A stretch of DNA of 60,503 bases, the filler included, from Basidiobolus ranarum (Eukaryota): the NCBI GenBank assembly GCA_040143965.1. It is 2 parts of 2 records of this genome, joined end to end, with 100 filler letters (N's around TTAATTAATTAA, not from the genome) between each part and the next. Parts side by side here need not be neighbours in the genome. Positions count along the whole stretch, not along the records: positions 30,454 to 60,503 come from JASJQH010000101.1; 1 more part is not named here. One strand, written 5' to 3'. Position 1 is the first letter of the stretch. The number at the start of each line of letters is the position of its first letter. Position numbers and translations under genes: made by a program. Of this stretch, positions 33,401 to 46,987 are shown piece by piece. Below the pieces are notes generated by a model. That model searched no databases, was not told the origin of the DNA, and was given only the letters and a program-made list of their open reading frames with translations.

Positions 33401-35862
33401 GTAACATTATCAGATACTTGAAGAGTTGGCTCTCTTAGTGCATCCAGTCTTGTGTTTTGCGATAGTCGTTGGGAGATTTCTTGATTGACGTTATTTAAGA
33501 GCAAGACAGTCATAAAGTCAACATCATGAAGGAAGACCCCTCTGCTCCGATTAGGACTTTCAACTGATCCAATAATTGGAGGCATCTTACGATCTTCTTG
33601 TACGAATTAGAACTGGCGCATACGAGAAATGGCTTGTAGAAAAGATGAGGGTATGTACGAGCCAGCTCGAGAAGAAGTGGTGATAATGCTCCTTTGGTGA
33701 TTGTACGCTGGTTGATGATTTTCTGTGAAAATTAGTGTTAATTTCCGATAAGCAAACACAAGCGTGTTATAAAGGAAGGAGGGGCTAAGAACTTACTGAA
33801 AACAATCGAGGCAGTGTTTCTTTGACAAGTTCATGTCCAATATAATCATTCAACTCGAATGCCAATTGCCAATATAGAGGCACAATTCTGCTAATCTCCA
33901 ATTGCGAAATCTATTCAACAGCTTTAGTTGCATTACAATGAAGGTATATATATATTTATCCATACCATCTTCTGAAAAGGCTTAAATATAGAGGCTTTAT
34001 GGCCACTATTCCATATACATATGAGTCGATCTTTGATACACCTTTCCATATCTGCGAACTGAATAGCATTATTTTTTGTCGCCTTTAATCCTTTATCTTC
34101 GTCATACGTGGGAGACGATGTAGTACTTCCCCGGCGATAAACCGGATGGGGTGATACAGATTCTTTGAACAGAAATCCATTGATAAACGCTTGAGCAATA
34201 TAATCCACGGTAGCTGAAGAAAGGTTTTCGTAGGATTGTGGTAGGCTCGTATTCAGTAAGATAATCATTTTATATGGAGTTGCGAGCGCTAGTTCCTGAT
34301 TGTTGATGTCTAGAGTATTTGAACTTTGAAGAACACCTGAGGCTGAAAACCAGAAGATCTGTTAAATGGAATGTTTGGTGCAAATGAGAATAGTGTGACT
34401 ATCTACCTATCCTTACTAGTCGGCTTAGTATTTGCTCATAGTACGATGTGATTTCTAATTTTGGAGTCATGAACTATGGTCCGATTCATCGTTTAGTGTT
34501 ACTTCATACAAATGAAACTTCAACTATCTTACCTCCGCCAAGAAATCCAAGGATATACTTCTAAGAGGAGCTTCTTCCAGACGCAAGCACCTCACCAAAC
34601 CATCAATTAATAAATATCTTGTGAAAACCTCACTTTCGTAAGACTTTACGTAACCCTCCTCTTTGATCGCATCTGGCTTCAGCTGAGCACCAGTAACAGT
34701 TCTTCCAGAATAAAGCCTCTTGAAAAACTCTTGTATTTTGTCTGGTATAAAGCGGTCCTGTTCTTTGTCTATTTGATTACTTACTATAATGGTGGCCGTC
34801 TTTATGGAAACCAGAAGTTTGACGCAGTTAATGATCATAATATAAATGATATTTGAAGGGATTGGATGTAACGCGGACGTGAGTATTGAATTGTAGACCT
34901 TTTCGAATAACGAGACAACACGGAACTGTAATCAAAATAGAGGATTGTCAATTCGCGTTGAAGCTATCAGGATATCAACATAATATTACTCTGAGAATAG
35001 GGTGGGGTACGATGAGCTGTTGACAGCACCAAATAATTTGGCTATAATAGTTCTATAATTCACTCAAAAATAAGTATAGTGGTTATTTATATTTAAGAGT
35101 AGAAACATACTTGTGCACCACAAGCTAAAAAATTAATTCGAATGAATTCATAAATGTCAAGCGCCTTCATGCATTCGCCAACTAAAAGGGCAGGGATGTA
35201 AATGGTAAGTATTCAAGCAAAGAATAAATAGAACTCTTGAATTACCATTTAAAGGAAACGTATAGAACGGAATGGCTAGTTCGTTCAACACATCCGAACA
35301 AAGTGGCAAGGACTCCAACTCACGATACTTGAATAGAATAAATTTGAGGTTATCTAATCTTGATTTAGTTGAAACTCCTATATTATCTATGTCATCCAAT
35401 ATGTCATGAGCCCAAGGATCTCGTTCTGGAGCATTTTGATTCCAGCTAGTAGTATGAATGTATGACTGGATCTTGGAACTTTGGCTTAATAATTTCTCTA
35501 GCTCTCGTCGAAAGTGTTGTTCAGCTGATTTATGAGGGTGTAATGAAACCTTCAACACACGGGGTGCTTCTTTTTTTGGTTTATTCGAAGTTTCTCCAGC
35601 ACAGTTTATCGACAAATCAGATTGTTGTGAATAGCTCCCCGTCTTTGCACAAGAAAAGGTGAAGGAACTCTCGATACTATCAATTTCGTTTGGTGTTAAA
35701 GTTGAAGCATTTGAAGGTAGTTTTGACGTTGTAGTATTATCAGAGTTGCTGGTTGCCGGAATAATTTCTTAAAAGTTGAAAGCATCGTTAGATGGTACAA
35801 AAAAGAATGTCAATTGAAAATATATAGACCTTCTTTGAAATCCATCCGTAAGAAGGACTCAT
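30454..35862 (-). CDS. UNC80: UNC-80-like protein (NALCN/cation channel complex accessory subunit); multi-exon, 3' end runs into the gap, apparent 1-nt frameshift near 30715-30722
   Basis: DDPSVFLRKYLEGL...LRSLI...PPSFTYILFNYLTGLL and FKRLF...GYHLFVPALF...IEYAWMRFYSLHEDSFILQ resemble conserved blocks of animal UNC-80 as I recall them (EDPxxxLRHFLEKL, HILFNYLVGL, FYxLxRKPFILQ). Upstream ORF pieces (33933-34268, 34524-34838, 35157-35615) are on the same strand with GT-AG boundaries. Start is tentative. Confidence 0.75.
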
Positions 35863-36991
35863 TAGCGTCAAAGTAGCAAAAATGGAGTAAATGGCAATTT
35901 ACGTGCAAACCTCAATTATGATGCAGCTATTTAGATTATTGGTAAAAATTAATATCCTATTGATAAGAAATGAATTTATCGTATACTCTAAAGTTTGATA
36001 CTGAACTATTAAACGAACTAAGGTGCTTTCAGCAGCTAGTTACTCCATCTCCATCATGATTTGCCCTCTAATCTACCGCTATCACATGTAGTTATTTCCC
36101 ATGATGGTTAGATATGTTTTGCACTCGTAACTTGTTTAAGAAGATAAATACTTAACGAGCAATGGCTTAACGTCAACAGCTTATCATGGGAATGGATCCC
36201 TATTCTATTGCTAGTTGGATGCCAGATAGAATGGTTGAGCGTATGTAACGTATTTGTCCTAAGTAGTTAAGATAAATAGAGCCTCAGGGTTGGCAGATAG
36301 GCTACCGCAGTTAGATCTCGTCGATGATTGATCAGGGAAGATAACACAAGCCCGTAACTCAGCATGGTACAATATATAAAGTAAGATAGAGCCGAAGATA
36401 GGATAATCAAAACTTCACTCCTGTATAGGTTTGCTCATTAGTTCGGGCATTCTAGATGGATCAGTAGTTGCTGCAACTCATATGACGAAGTGTAGTTTCT
36501 TTGAAAGTAACTGCCGCTTCAGGATTTATGCAATTGCGTTTTCTGAGAAACTGCTCTTTGGTTGACTCTGTAAGCTGGCACCAGAACAGAGATCAAAGGC
36601 CTATGCAGTAAAGCAACAGGAAATATTATCCTATTCCCGCCCATATATGTATAGCTATATCATTAATCTCGTCCACTGGAAATCATACACTCTTGGGGCA
36701 AGTCTCTCGATTGAGGCTTTGTGACACCATCGTCAGCTGATGATTGAACCCACAAAAACATGGATAAAGATACTTCTATGGCACTTTACGTACATTTCGT
36801 GTGAAATAGCATTATTAATCCAAAAGTAGGGTAATCACACAGCAACCATTGAAGAGCCAACAATCTCACAATGTTAGCTGCCCATGTCTTCAATCGATTT
36901 AGCATGCCATCCTCTTCAAAATTAACCTTTTAGAAAACAGTCCAAAAAAAGCTAATAGACAATGGCCTGTAGAATCATGTTAAACAATGCA

Positions 36992-37047
36992 ATCTTATAT
37001 TACGACTGAATAGAAGGACATCTTACATTACGACTGAATAGAAAGAC
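36992..37047. repeat. Tandem duplication of a 28-bp unit (2 copies)
   Basis: atcttatattacgactgaatagaaggac followed by atcttacattacgactgaatagaaagac. Confidence 0.85.
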
Positions 37048-38396
37048 TTTGTCATTGATGTCAATGTTTCCATCCTAGAAGAATGTCTGGATCAATGTGA
37101 CTGTCTAGGATATAGCAACAGTCACCAATGCCTATTTAGTCATCTTGGAGGGAAAGTGGCTAAAGTATTTGGATTGCTTTGGAACGCTCTAATTTAGCAC
37201 CATTTAAAGTAGCAATTTCAACCAATTACAAGAGGCAATTGATTCTGGTTGGAAATCTGACAAGATTGTATGTTCACATAATTGTCCCCTCACACTAAGC
37301 GGCGCGGAGTAGAGTTAGGAAGTATTCCACTTATTCGCCTCTTCCACAACTCATTGGTTTTGGTAGATCATTTATAGTACACATCTTTCTGGACATCGAC
37401 ATTAATGTTTATTCGCCCGACGTTTCTACAACGACTTGAAAGCTCTTTAGAACCTGGTAAGAAATCTTCGTTTTGCTAGGAGATGATGCAAAAGTAGATA
37501 ATTTTCATTCAATATGAATCAAATGCTGGTGAATTACCATTACAAATATATAGGAACTACCAAAGCGTTTTCGGAGTCGGGTCATACCCTGTACATTAAA
37601 GAAAGGTTTCCCAGTTTTCCTTCAAGAAAACTAGATCTGGTGCCGGTGGGAATATCAAACGCATAGGTAATGATATCGGTTATTCTAAACGATATGGAGT
37701 AAAAGGCTCGTACTTTCTAGCTAAGAACAGGCTTTGGAGAACTAAAGTAGACATCCAAAAGTAGGAATCCTTTCCAGCTCATTTGATGGCAGTTCCTGTT
37801 ACCCACTACAAGCCCAGCGTGCATAAGTTGGGAAGTAACTGACTACGACCAGAAATGCTTATTCTAAGCATTGCTACCCCTCCGAACCCTATTCCATACG
37901 GTAAAGAGATTGCGGTGATGGATCGAACCTTGATAAGGCTACCCGCATCTAATCAGTTTTATGATTAGCAATTATCATTCTTTACTGGACGTATCATTAG
38001 CTTAAATTAGAAATTAGTGGAATAAATGTATGTATCTATCCTAATTCCTCAAAATTCCACATGACTCCAACTGATGAAAAGAATCTTGCCAGATCTTATT
38101 ACATTGAATGAGTAACAGTCAGATTGGCCAATTGATTGGTTGAAGCAGTCGAGGTTCTCACGGTTTAATGAAATAACCCTTCCAGAGAGGTTGGTGCTTC
38201 CAGCTGTGATTGGTAAGTGAAATTTGGCTTTTGCCGGAAGATCGGATGAGTGGAGCATTACTGATTATAGGTTGGATGGTGGGAATTTACATCAATTTTT
38301 TTCTAAGCAAGTATATGTAGGATTGTACTAAGAGCTGTTGCGATCATTCATCTTCTATTTAAACTAAGGCTTCGTGAACGCTCAGCAACAAATAGT

Positions 38397-39436
38397 ATGT
38401 CTGTGAAAAGTGAGAAAAATACTAACGGAATGGTTTTTTCTTCGGAGTCTGCTAGAATTTCTTCCCCTATTCCACGAGTGGATTCTCCCATCGACTTGGA
38501 CGGTTTGAGCTATCCTAGTAAGTTGAGATGTTTACTGTTATTCTGAAATGAGTTTCTTATGTTGTATTGTTCAAAACAAGGTCTCGGAACTAAAGCCCGC
38601 CTTGAAGAAACTGAGGCTCAGAAAGAGGCTAGACTCCAGAAAATCTCCAATGCAGTCAAGACTATCTTGGACTGTATCGGCGAGGACCCTCACAGAGAGG
38701 GCCTTATGAAGACTCCTGAACGATATGCAAAGGCTTTGATGTTTTTCTCCCAAGGCTATGAACAAAATATTCGGGGTAAGTGGAATATCAATTACTTGGA
38801 ATTTGACTTTAAATTGTTTGTTAACAACACTCTACTTAACAGACCTAGTCAACGAAGCTGTATTCGATGAAGGTATTAATACCATTGTTATCTTGATGGA
38901 GCAACTTATTTAATTTCTTTTTACTTAAAAAAGACCACGAAGAGATGGTTATCGTTCGTGACATTGATATATTTTCTCTATGTGAACACCACATGGTTCC
39001 TTTTACGGGAAAGGTACAGTAACTACATATAAGTTTATTATACGGATTTTTTAACTTACGGATCCATATTGTAGGTTCACATCGGATACATTCCTAACCG
39101 TAAAGTACTTGGCCTAAGCAAGCTCGCCCGCATTGCTGAAATGTTCAGCAGACGTCTCCAAGTACAAGAACGCCTAACTAAGCAAATTGCAACTTGTCTA
39201 CAAGAGATACTGAAGCCACAAGGTGTTGCAGTTGTCATTGAGTGCAGGTATGTTGTTACAAATCGATTTATTCTAAACTTCTCATCCTTAACTGTTGTTT
39301 TCCCGACAGTCACTTGTGCATGGTAATGCGTGGTGTTCAGAAACCTACTAGCTCTACTGTAACTAGCTCTATGCTTGGTGTATTTAAAAGCGACCCCAAA
39401 ACACGTGAAGAGTTTTTGCGTTTGATCAGAAAATGA
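38397..39436 (+). CDS. FOL2: GTP cyclohydrolase I; multi-exon
   Basis: [92 protein letters not shown] and TREEFL. Confidence 0.97.
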
Positions 39437-39860
39437 GCATGCTGGAATTCTTACTCTGATTCGTGACTATTTTGTCTCATATATATATATATATCATCTA
39501 TTTTACCTACTTTGCAACCATGATCTTCTTCAAACCAGTGCCATAGAAGTTGGCAATGTTCTCATCATCAGTATAGAAGATTCCTTTGTGTAATTGTTAT
39601 AACCTCAATATATTTAATCCCGTAATAGTGGATTGTTCTTCATTAAAAAATAATCACCGAAATTTTCTATTCATTACTAGTTTTGACACTTAACGAACGC
39701 CACCAGTTACGAGAAATGTTTGTCGTGGTTGGCACACTTTTTGCGGATGAAAGCATTCCTGAACCAGGGTTGTGGAGTTGATGAGTACATTGACCCAGGA
39801 ATTCAAGTGACACTTTTGGATCAACAGATTGTTTATTATTACTTCAATTATAGTAATATT

Positions 39861-40888
39861 TTAATGAAATACAGTTTCACCGTTGGTTGTAATAATTTCT
39901 ACCAATTTACCAGTTTCAACAGACTCAGGTTTGGTAGCCCACTCGAACAATTTCTCGGCAACAGTATCCATGGGTGTCCAAGTAGAGAGATCAGCGCCTT
40001 CGCCCATAAATTTCCTATTCATGGGTGTATCGAGTGTAATGCTAAGGATGTAAAACTCAGCATGCTTTTTTTTGCTGACTAACATCATTGATACATTGTA
40101 CTTACGGTAAGATGGCGTTAACTTTGGAGTTCTTAGGCAGTCCGCTGGATTTCTCAGCAAGGCTTTGTACCAATTGATGAACTGCTGCCTTGGCTAATCC
40201 ATAACCGATCATACCTATAATTTTATGGGCATAACTCTTTAGTCAGAAGCATACACAACACCACCATTCTTATTATTTGCATACCTGGAGTTCCTTTCTG
40301 AGCGGGATATGCACCAGTTAAAGAAACGAAGCCCCCCCTGTAACATGAATCGATTCTTTAGTACATAGAATATGTTGGTTTTTGATATAGGACGTACTCT
40401 TTCAAATGCTGTGAAGCGATATGTGCAGCGATTAGCGAGGTCTGGACGCTTTGTTTCCACATAAGCTCGGAGTTGGCGAAAAGATCTATAACGGATTACA
40501 AATAAGCCAATATTTTTTCTGAATTCAGAAAGTGACTCGGTAATACCTTTGCTTGCTGCATTACCACCTGCCCAACCACCGGCAACACAAAGGACAGCGT
40601 CAGCTTTGTTGCCAGATAATTGTTTTTCAACCTCACTTAAAACTTTGAATCCTTGTGTTTCAAATGATTCCTCAGTTGTCAAGGTGATACTGTTATCTGC
40701 AAACTCATTTGGCACCAAGTCAATAGAAATAACTGACTAACATTAGGCAATTAACGGTTATTAATATGTTCCAGTGATGACAATAAGAATTTGAGGAATA
40801 CCCAGTTCATTTGCTTGAAAAATTTCACTACTGAAGACCCAAGAGCCCCGGAACCACCATAGACAATGACGTTGGATGTAGCAGACAT
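39861..40888 (-). CDS. QDPR: Dihydropteridine reductase (quinoid-BH2 reductase, SDR family); multi-exon
   Basis: [48 protein letters not shown] (YxxxK) and [12 protein letters not shown]...WTP are QDPR-specific motifs. Confidence 0.95.
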
Positions 40889-41900
40889 GTTGAAGGAGTA
40901 ATATAAAAAACCACAGACAACAATTCAACTATCTCGTCTACCTTATAAGGTGATCCCATTCAACCGAGCCTTAACCCTGTTCACAGTGGAACCCTCCTTT
41001 TCACAGCATGATTTATGTAATAACCACTCAGAAGCTACCTCGTGAGAAAAAGTCGCATCGTTGAAAAAAAAACCCACTATAACGTTGATGCATTGGACTT
41101 TATTCATGCCAAAATAGGACATGGCTGTACTAGCTTAGCAACAAATGAACTCGATTTTCCCACTGATTGTGATGAGTTTTTAGTTCTACTTTGGTCTAGT
41201 GATTTACTGTTTCGGATTAAAAGAGCTCTAACCACAGGGATACGGGTTGTACTCATTAAAAATCGCCTTAAATATTTCATTAACATTACCATGTACGATT
41301 TGATCGGTAAAAATCAGAAATGCTAGGCAGCCTCGTAGTTTTTCATATTAATGCCAGATTCTTCTAGCCTAATACGAAAAACCCCTATCAAATTGTTATA
41401 GAATGAGATATGCCTAAATAGTGGAGAGTTAAGCCATAATACAGCATTCCATGTATAGCTTAAACACGGAGATAAGCATATATTTATGATTGTTTCAAAA
41501 AAGCAATTATGAAGATGTAATGAGCGCTAGTCATTATTGGACTTGTGTAAGAACAATATCATTTTTCAAAAATCACCTCCTTACTTCTCTTAGCGTTAAG
41601 CATTCCCCAACACAGAGAAAAGTTTCTTATCGAGAAATACCTCTAATACTAGCACACTGTAGCAACTGCAATCTTAGTCAAGAGAACATTGCTTCTAATC
41701 ACATTTAGTAATTCGAACTCCCTATCAAATTGGTGACAGATCAGTCAGCGTAGTGTGTGAGTTTGTTTTTATTCATACATGTTTAAAAAGGAGCTTGAAA
41801 TTAAATGTGACCAAAGCAAATAATGTAGATACTTGAAGGCAATGCAAAGATTGCTAATATGGACTACTATTCTGGCGTAGGTAAACTTCGGCTGGCAAGT

Positions 41901-42340
41901 TTACGAACTGCCTGTTGGTTTCGGATCTGTGATAGTTACTATCCCATCTTTCTCTACAGACTCTACATCAGCCCGATTCTTCAGTTCATTTACGATTTGA
42001 TCGGTAATACGCGCGAGATATATATGTGTGTCCTTCATGTCAGCCAAAGTTTCGAATGAATTTGTGAAGCAGATATTAGCGCTCTGGTTGTAGGTATCTA
42101 TCCGTGCTTTAAGGTACGTTTCGACTGATCGCAGGAATGGTTAGCATATTAATTTCATACCACTTTAGATCTAGAATACTGCCTACATTGTTCACTAGAA
42201 TGATTCTTCTTTAAAAGCACTATGTATCGATGATCCTCTGGGTTGCTACTTGCACAGGCCTTTCCGTTGACTGCATCGATATATAAAAGGGAAAAAAGGC
42301 TAGCAAGTATAAAAAAGAGAAATTGCTTTATGTTACTCAT
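41901..42340 (-). CDS. Small secreted peptidase-inhibitor I9 (subtilisin-propeptide-like) protein; 2 exons
   Basis: Signal peptide MSNIKQFLFFILASLFSLLYIDA, then YIVLLK. After a GT...CAG intron (about 42125-42186): FETYLKARID...YLARITDQIVNELKNRADVESVEKDGIVTI...*. This is an I9 pattern with no downstream protease domain. Confidence 0.72.
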
Positions 42341-42909
42341 GATTGTAGTGCTGTAAATAAGGCTTAGAGTGGCAAAGAAGAGCTTAGAATATTAAAGACG
42401 TAAAGATTGAGGTGGATATTAATGAAACAGAAGCGATACCATCAACTCCTCAAGGTGTAGTCAGCCTCCTTTATAAAGAGTTATGGCACATCGTAAGCGA
42501 ATCAAAGCAAATAAATAGTCTGCACACTAGCTCGAATGCGCATTCAAGCAATAATAATATAAAGATCAATTGATTATATGAGCTAAATCTGGTATTGTTT
42601 CAGAAAGTAAGATAGTCAGTCTTTGGTTTGTCCAAGCTTAAACAAATCATTGCAGAGTTAGTGGCAATATTAATACTCATGAAACAGTGTATAATCCAGC
42701 GCTGACGATCAAAGAATCGTTCTTATTCATGATTCACCTTTCACTTTTCGGGGCGTATTTCAGCTCTTGTGATTGTGATAAAATAAAAGCGTAACTCCCT
42801 TGATGAGTACGTCAGATTAATTGAAATTTCAAGCATGATGATAAGGGGTGCTTCAGGCTGGTTTTATCTGGTTTTTATTAGCGTTGGTAAATAGAAATAT
42901 CGGGATTTG

Positions 42910-44695
42910 TTAGGGGAGAAGAGACTCTATACTAGGTGTACATAGCAAACGCTTATGAACTCCGCCCATAACAAAGGCTTGTTTGTTATCTGAATCTACG
43001 GCGACAATATTTTGCAAGAAACTGCAATCCAGGCCAGAATTTAGCTAAATAACAAGGCTCAGCAGCGTTTCAAGAAATGGTATTTAATAAGAAATTGCTC
43101 CTTACATCTAGATAAATATCCCCTATCTTAATTTGCATCTTCCCAGATTTGTAAATCAGTAGTTTACCCATTAAACCTTCTGCTGAGTTCCCTGGTTTAC
43201 TATCGTTTAACTTCAAGACGTCACTACTTCCTTTGTTGGTAGGTTCGATATCCATCGGTACAGTTTCATTGCCCTCGGTTTTGGTGACGCTTGTTGGCTC
43301 TTCAAGCTCCGGGAATTGCGATGGAAATTGAAAAAAGAAAAGCCTTTCGTCGCCAGCTTCTGTAGATGCCTTTTGCAATAGAAATTATATAACAGCCTTG
43401 GGTCAAATCCATACAGGAGAAATACCTACTTTTTGCTCCGTAGTAATTGTGCTTAGAAGACTGTGTACTGGTTTGAGCTTCTCTTGATCCACGTCCATCG
43501 AAAGATTTTGTTCATGGTGACTTTCCATTAATGTATCCAATCTATCAACACTCTCATCTTTGACTTCAGTATTTGTTGTAGGAAGCATTATTGGTGTCCA
43601 CTCATTTTGATCAACAAAAAATGAATCTTCTTCATTATCACTGTCCTCATATTCAAAGCTGTCAAATTTGTCTTTATAAGATTTTGAACCAGCGGGGATA
43701 TTGTTCTTAGAAGATCCGACCAATATCTCCCGACTGCTCTCAGCACCACCTCTAAACCCTTTACTTCCTATCATAATTACTTATTAGTACTTCGAGATCA
43801 ATAAATTTAGATGTATATATACATTTACCTTGAGTTGCGGGTCCCATAGAAAAGGGTCCAGATGCAGTGGAGATTATATCTTTCCCACGACCTTTTCCTT
43901 CAAGTGTATAGGTTAGTTTCACATGATGTTAAGGAATAGATAATATTCGATGTGAACCTCTTCCTCGGCCACGCCCTCGTCTTTGTGTGGGTGCAACTTC
44001 CTAGAATCGCCATATCAGTGATCAACCTTAGCTTAAAGTAGCAAAACTAGCATTCAACATGTACCGGTTTGTTCGACATTGCATTTTCAAGCAAGGAAGG
44101 TGTACTAAATTAAAATCAAACCAAGCAAATAAGGTTAATTTCACGACTTTTGAAGGTTACTATAATAAAGGAGTATTTGCGGTGCTGTGGTAGAAACTTG
44201 GACAAGAAATATGACGAAACTTAAGACGCTTAAAAAGACAAAGAAGAAACGTTTGACTGATATTTTTATTCTATAAGCTCCTACCTTTCTTTCTTATTTC
44301 GCTTTAAAGGTACGGTAGGTACAAATTTCATCTGTTTATGTTAGTCATAGTATGACATTTGGTGGTAAATGGTAGAAATAAAAAAGCAAGTTATTATATT
44401 GTTCCGGTTTGAGAAATATTAGCATAGTGTAGAGATTATCTGCTTCCTTTTATGAAGTGGCAGGTAAATATAGACCAAAAAACTCCAGTCTATAGATCCA
44501 GATAAACGTCTATATTCTTGAAACAAGCCAAACCTTTTGAGTCTCACTTTTTACATAATTCCTCGCTCTAATTGAACCCAGTCGCCCTACAGCTGGTGGC
44601 TGGGAATGAAAAGAGCCGATTTGTCGAAGGCTTTCAAGTGAATTGATCACTCCGCTATGCTTTGACTGAGAAGAGTCACTTTTCTGTTCACCCAT
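42910..44695 (-). CDS. RPC53: RNA polymerase III subunit Rpc53/RPC4 (POLR3D); multi-exon
   Basis: MKFVPTVP, RGRGRGR, SGPFSMGP, LFFFQFPSQFP, EGLMGKLLIYKSGKMQIKIGDIYLD, GLDCSFLQNIVAV and CTPSIESLL. Confidence 0.88.
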
Positions 44696-45998
44696 GCTGT
44701 TCTATTCCAATAATAACGTTAACCTCAGCCAACCTCTCAAGCAGTTACTACAACAAAAAAGTACCTGATTATCCACCGTTCAAAGGCTCGAATATTGAAA
44801 TATCACACGAAACCTAATAGTAGCAAATTTAAAAGATACTTCCCGTTAGCCACCTGTGTACTTAAGAAAATTATCAACAGTTTTGCAATGATTGACAAGT
44901 GCTTCAATGATAATCGTTCTTTTTTAAGCATACTTTCCGCCGTATTAGGTTTGGCAGCGATTTATAGATAACTAAATTAGATGAAAAAAAACCTCATGGA
45001 TTCACTAGTAAATCATGACAAATACGAAGTGTTTGAATGCACAACAAATTGGTCTAGATTATACACGAAATGCCAATTAACAATCAACATGGTATGATAT
45101 TCAAGCTTCGACCTGCATATTTATCAAGCTCAGGGACAACACTGGGTAGAGTAGATCCGGTTCTGAGCACTATCAGTATTCCATTCCATCTAGAGTTATC
45201 AGCCTATATCTCTGTTGGGGAAGTGATCAAATAACCAGAATATGGTATTCGAAGCCAATTCTCGCTTTCCAGTTGACCAACTCCGCTTGACAAGCTTCAC
45301 ACTGCCTTTCATCTGAATCTGCATTCAGAAGTAGGTTTCCATATATTGTTTGATATATATAGCAAATCGAAGTAAAAAAATTCGACTCGAAAGGGCTGTC
45401 ACTTTTCTTTTGGAAACATGGACTTCTCGAAAGAATAACTCTAGCATATAGGGTATTTACTACGTTTTTTAATTAATGTTACAAATACATATGATCAAAC
45501 CACGTGGAGGGAAACCATATAACTAACGATTAACACCGACCACTGATCGAAGCACAGTAAATTGTCTAAATTATACATTTGTAAATTCCTCATGATTGAG
45601 CACACAACGAACATACAATGGCTAAGTAGCTCTCTACTTAAATAATCTGTAATGTCTAAAGCTCTTGGATTTGCTCCACACGGATCATGTATAAATTAGC
45701 AACTGTACTTTCTTGTCAGCTCGAAATCAACCCCAACAATTCGTTCAAGAATGATAGGCCTGCCAAACCAAAGGTATGTATACATGAAAGATCCTCGATG
45801 GCTAGCTTCGAAACAAATGTAAATAGCTGTTTCAAGCACTAGACTGTCTAAAATACCATTTCTGATAGACATGACTGCTTCGACATAACAACTCACAAGA
45901 ATTCACGTAAACATTGAGTTGAATATTCCAAACGTCAACCGAAATATTTTTATTCAGACGGAAAATGGTGTGAGGAGGTCCTAGGAAACGAAAAGAAC

Positions 45999-46687
45999 TT
46001 AATAACCATAAGCAGCTAGTGATTCATTAACGCTCTTCAAATCTTCGGCTTTAGAGGCAGCAGCCTTGCTCTTCAAGTTAAGGACAGCCTTCTTGCGTTC
46101 ATAATAAGCCTTAGACTTGACCTTACGTTTCTCTTCAAGTCTCTTAACGACATCATCGTATTTCCAGCCAACTTCGGAACTTAAACGGGTCAAGGTGGTG
46201 AATTTACGACCAGGCTTAAGACGGAGAACACGAAGAGCGGCGGGAACAACCATACGCTTCATGGTATCATAAGGAGGGGGAACACCTTCGAAGAGCTTAA
46301 GACGCTCCATAGCAGTGGCACCACGAGCGGTCTTATGGGGAATCATACCGCGAATAGTACGCCATAGGAGACGAGAAGGAGCACGGAAATGATAGGGTCC
46401 CTTTGAGGGGTTAACAAGACAACGTTTACGAAGGAAAGCGTGATACTTAATCTTATTTCTGAAGAAAGATCCGGTGACGTTCAATGCTTCACAACGGACA
46501 ACGACAACCTTTTGACCTTTAAGGATTTGCTTGGAGATAATAGAAGCAAGACGACCAAGAAGATGGCCTCTACCATCAATAACAACAACCTAGTTTCGTT
46601 TGCGTAAAATTGTTAGTGACCATCCATTTTTCAAACAAAATCCATCCATTTAATTAAATGATATTCAACCTTTTCGAAAGTGCTCAT
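45999..46687 (-). CDS. RPL16: 60S ribosomal protein uL13 (L16/L13a); 2 exons
   Basis: [22 protein letters not shown]...VVVRCEALN...HFRAPSR...[11 protein letters not shown]...FEGVPPPYD; strong codon bias. Confidence 0.98.
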
Positions 46688-46987
46688 TATAAATCAGTTC
46701 TCTTCCTCTGAGAATTCAATCAAGTAAGAAGGATCTTGACTACGATCCGACAGGAAGTTAAAAGAGAGAACCACTTTACAGCTGATAAAAATTTTATACA
46801 TGCTTCCTCACCCACGTCTAGCCTAAGAGCTTATACCCTAAAATTTAAAATTTTGATCAAAGCCCTAAGTTTCCAGACTAAGAAAAGCTAATTTAGTACA
46901 GATTGGTAATATTAACACGATGGATAAATGGAATTTATTCAGCTTTAACTAGTACTGTAGTTAATAAAGGCTTAAATTTGTATCGTT

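Noticed and set aside
37905-37960. B-box-like GGTTCGATCC on the minus strand (possible tRNA or SINE)
   Set aside because: The flanks do not form a T-stem or cloverleaf, and I saw no A-box at the proper spacing.
41293-41309. 17-nt exact match (tacgatttgatcggtaa) to the I9 gene at about 41991-42007
   Set aside because: Similarity does not extend on either side and no second I9 reading frame can be built.
44105-44533. Two unusually long (about 180-200 nt) RPC53 introns as possible snoRNA hosts
   Set aside because: I found no convincing C/D or H/ACA box arrangement by eye; a microexon cannot be excluded.
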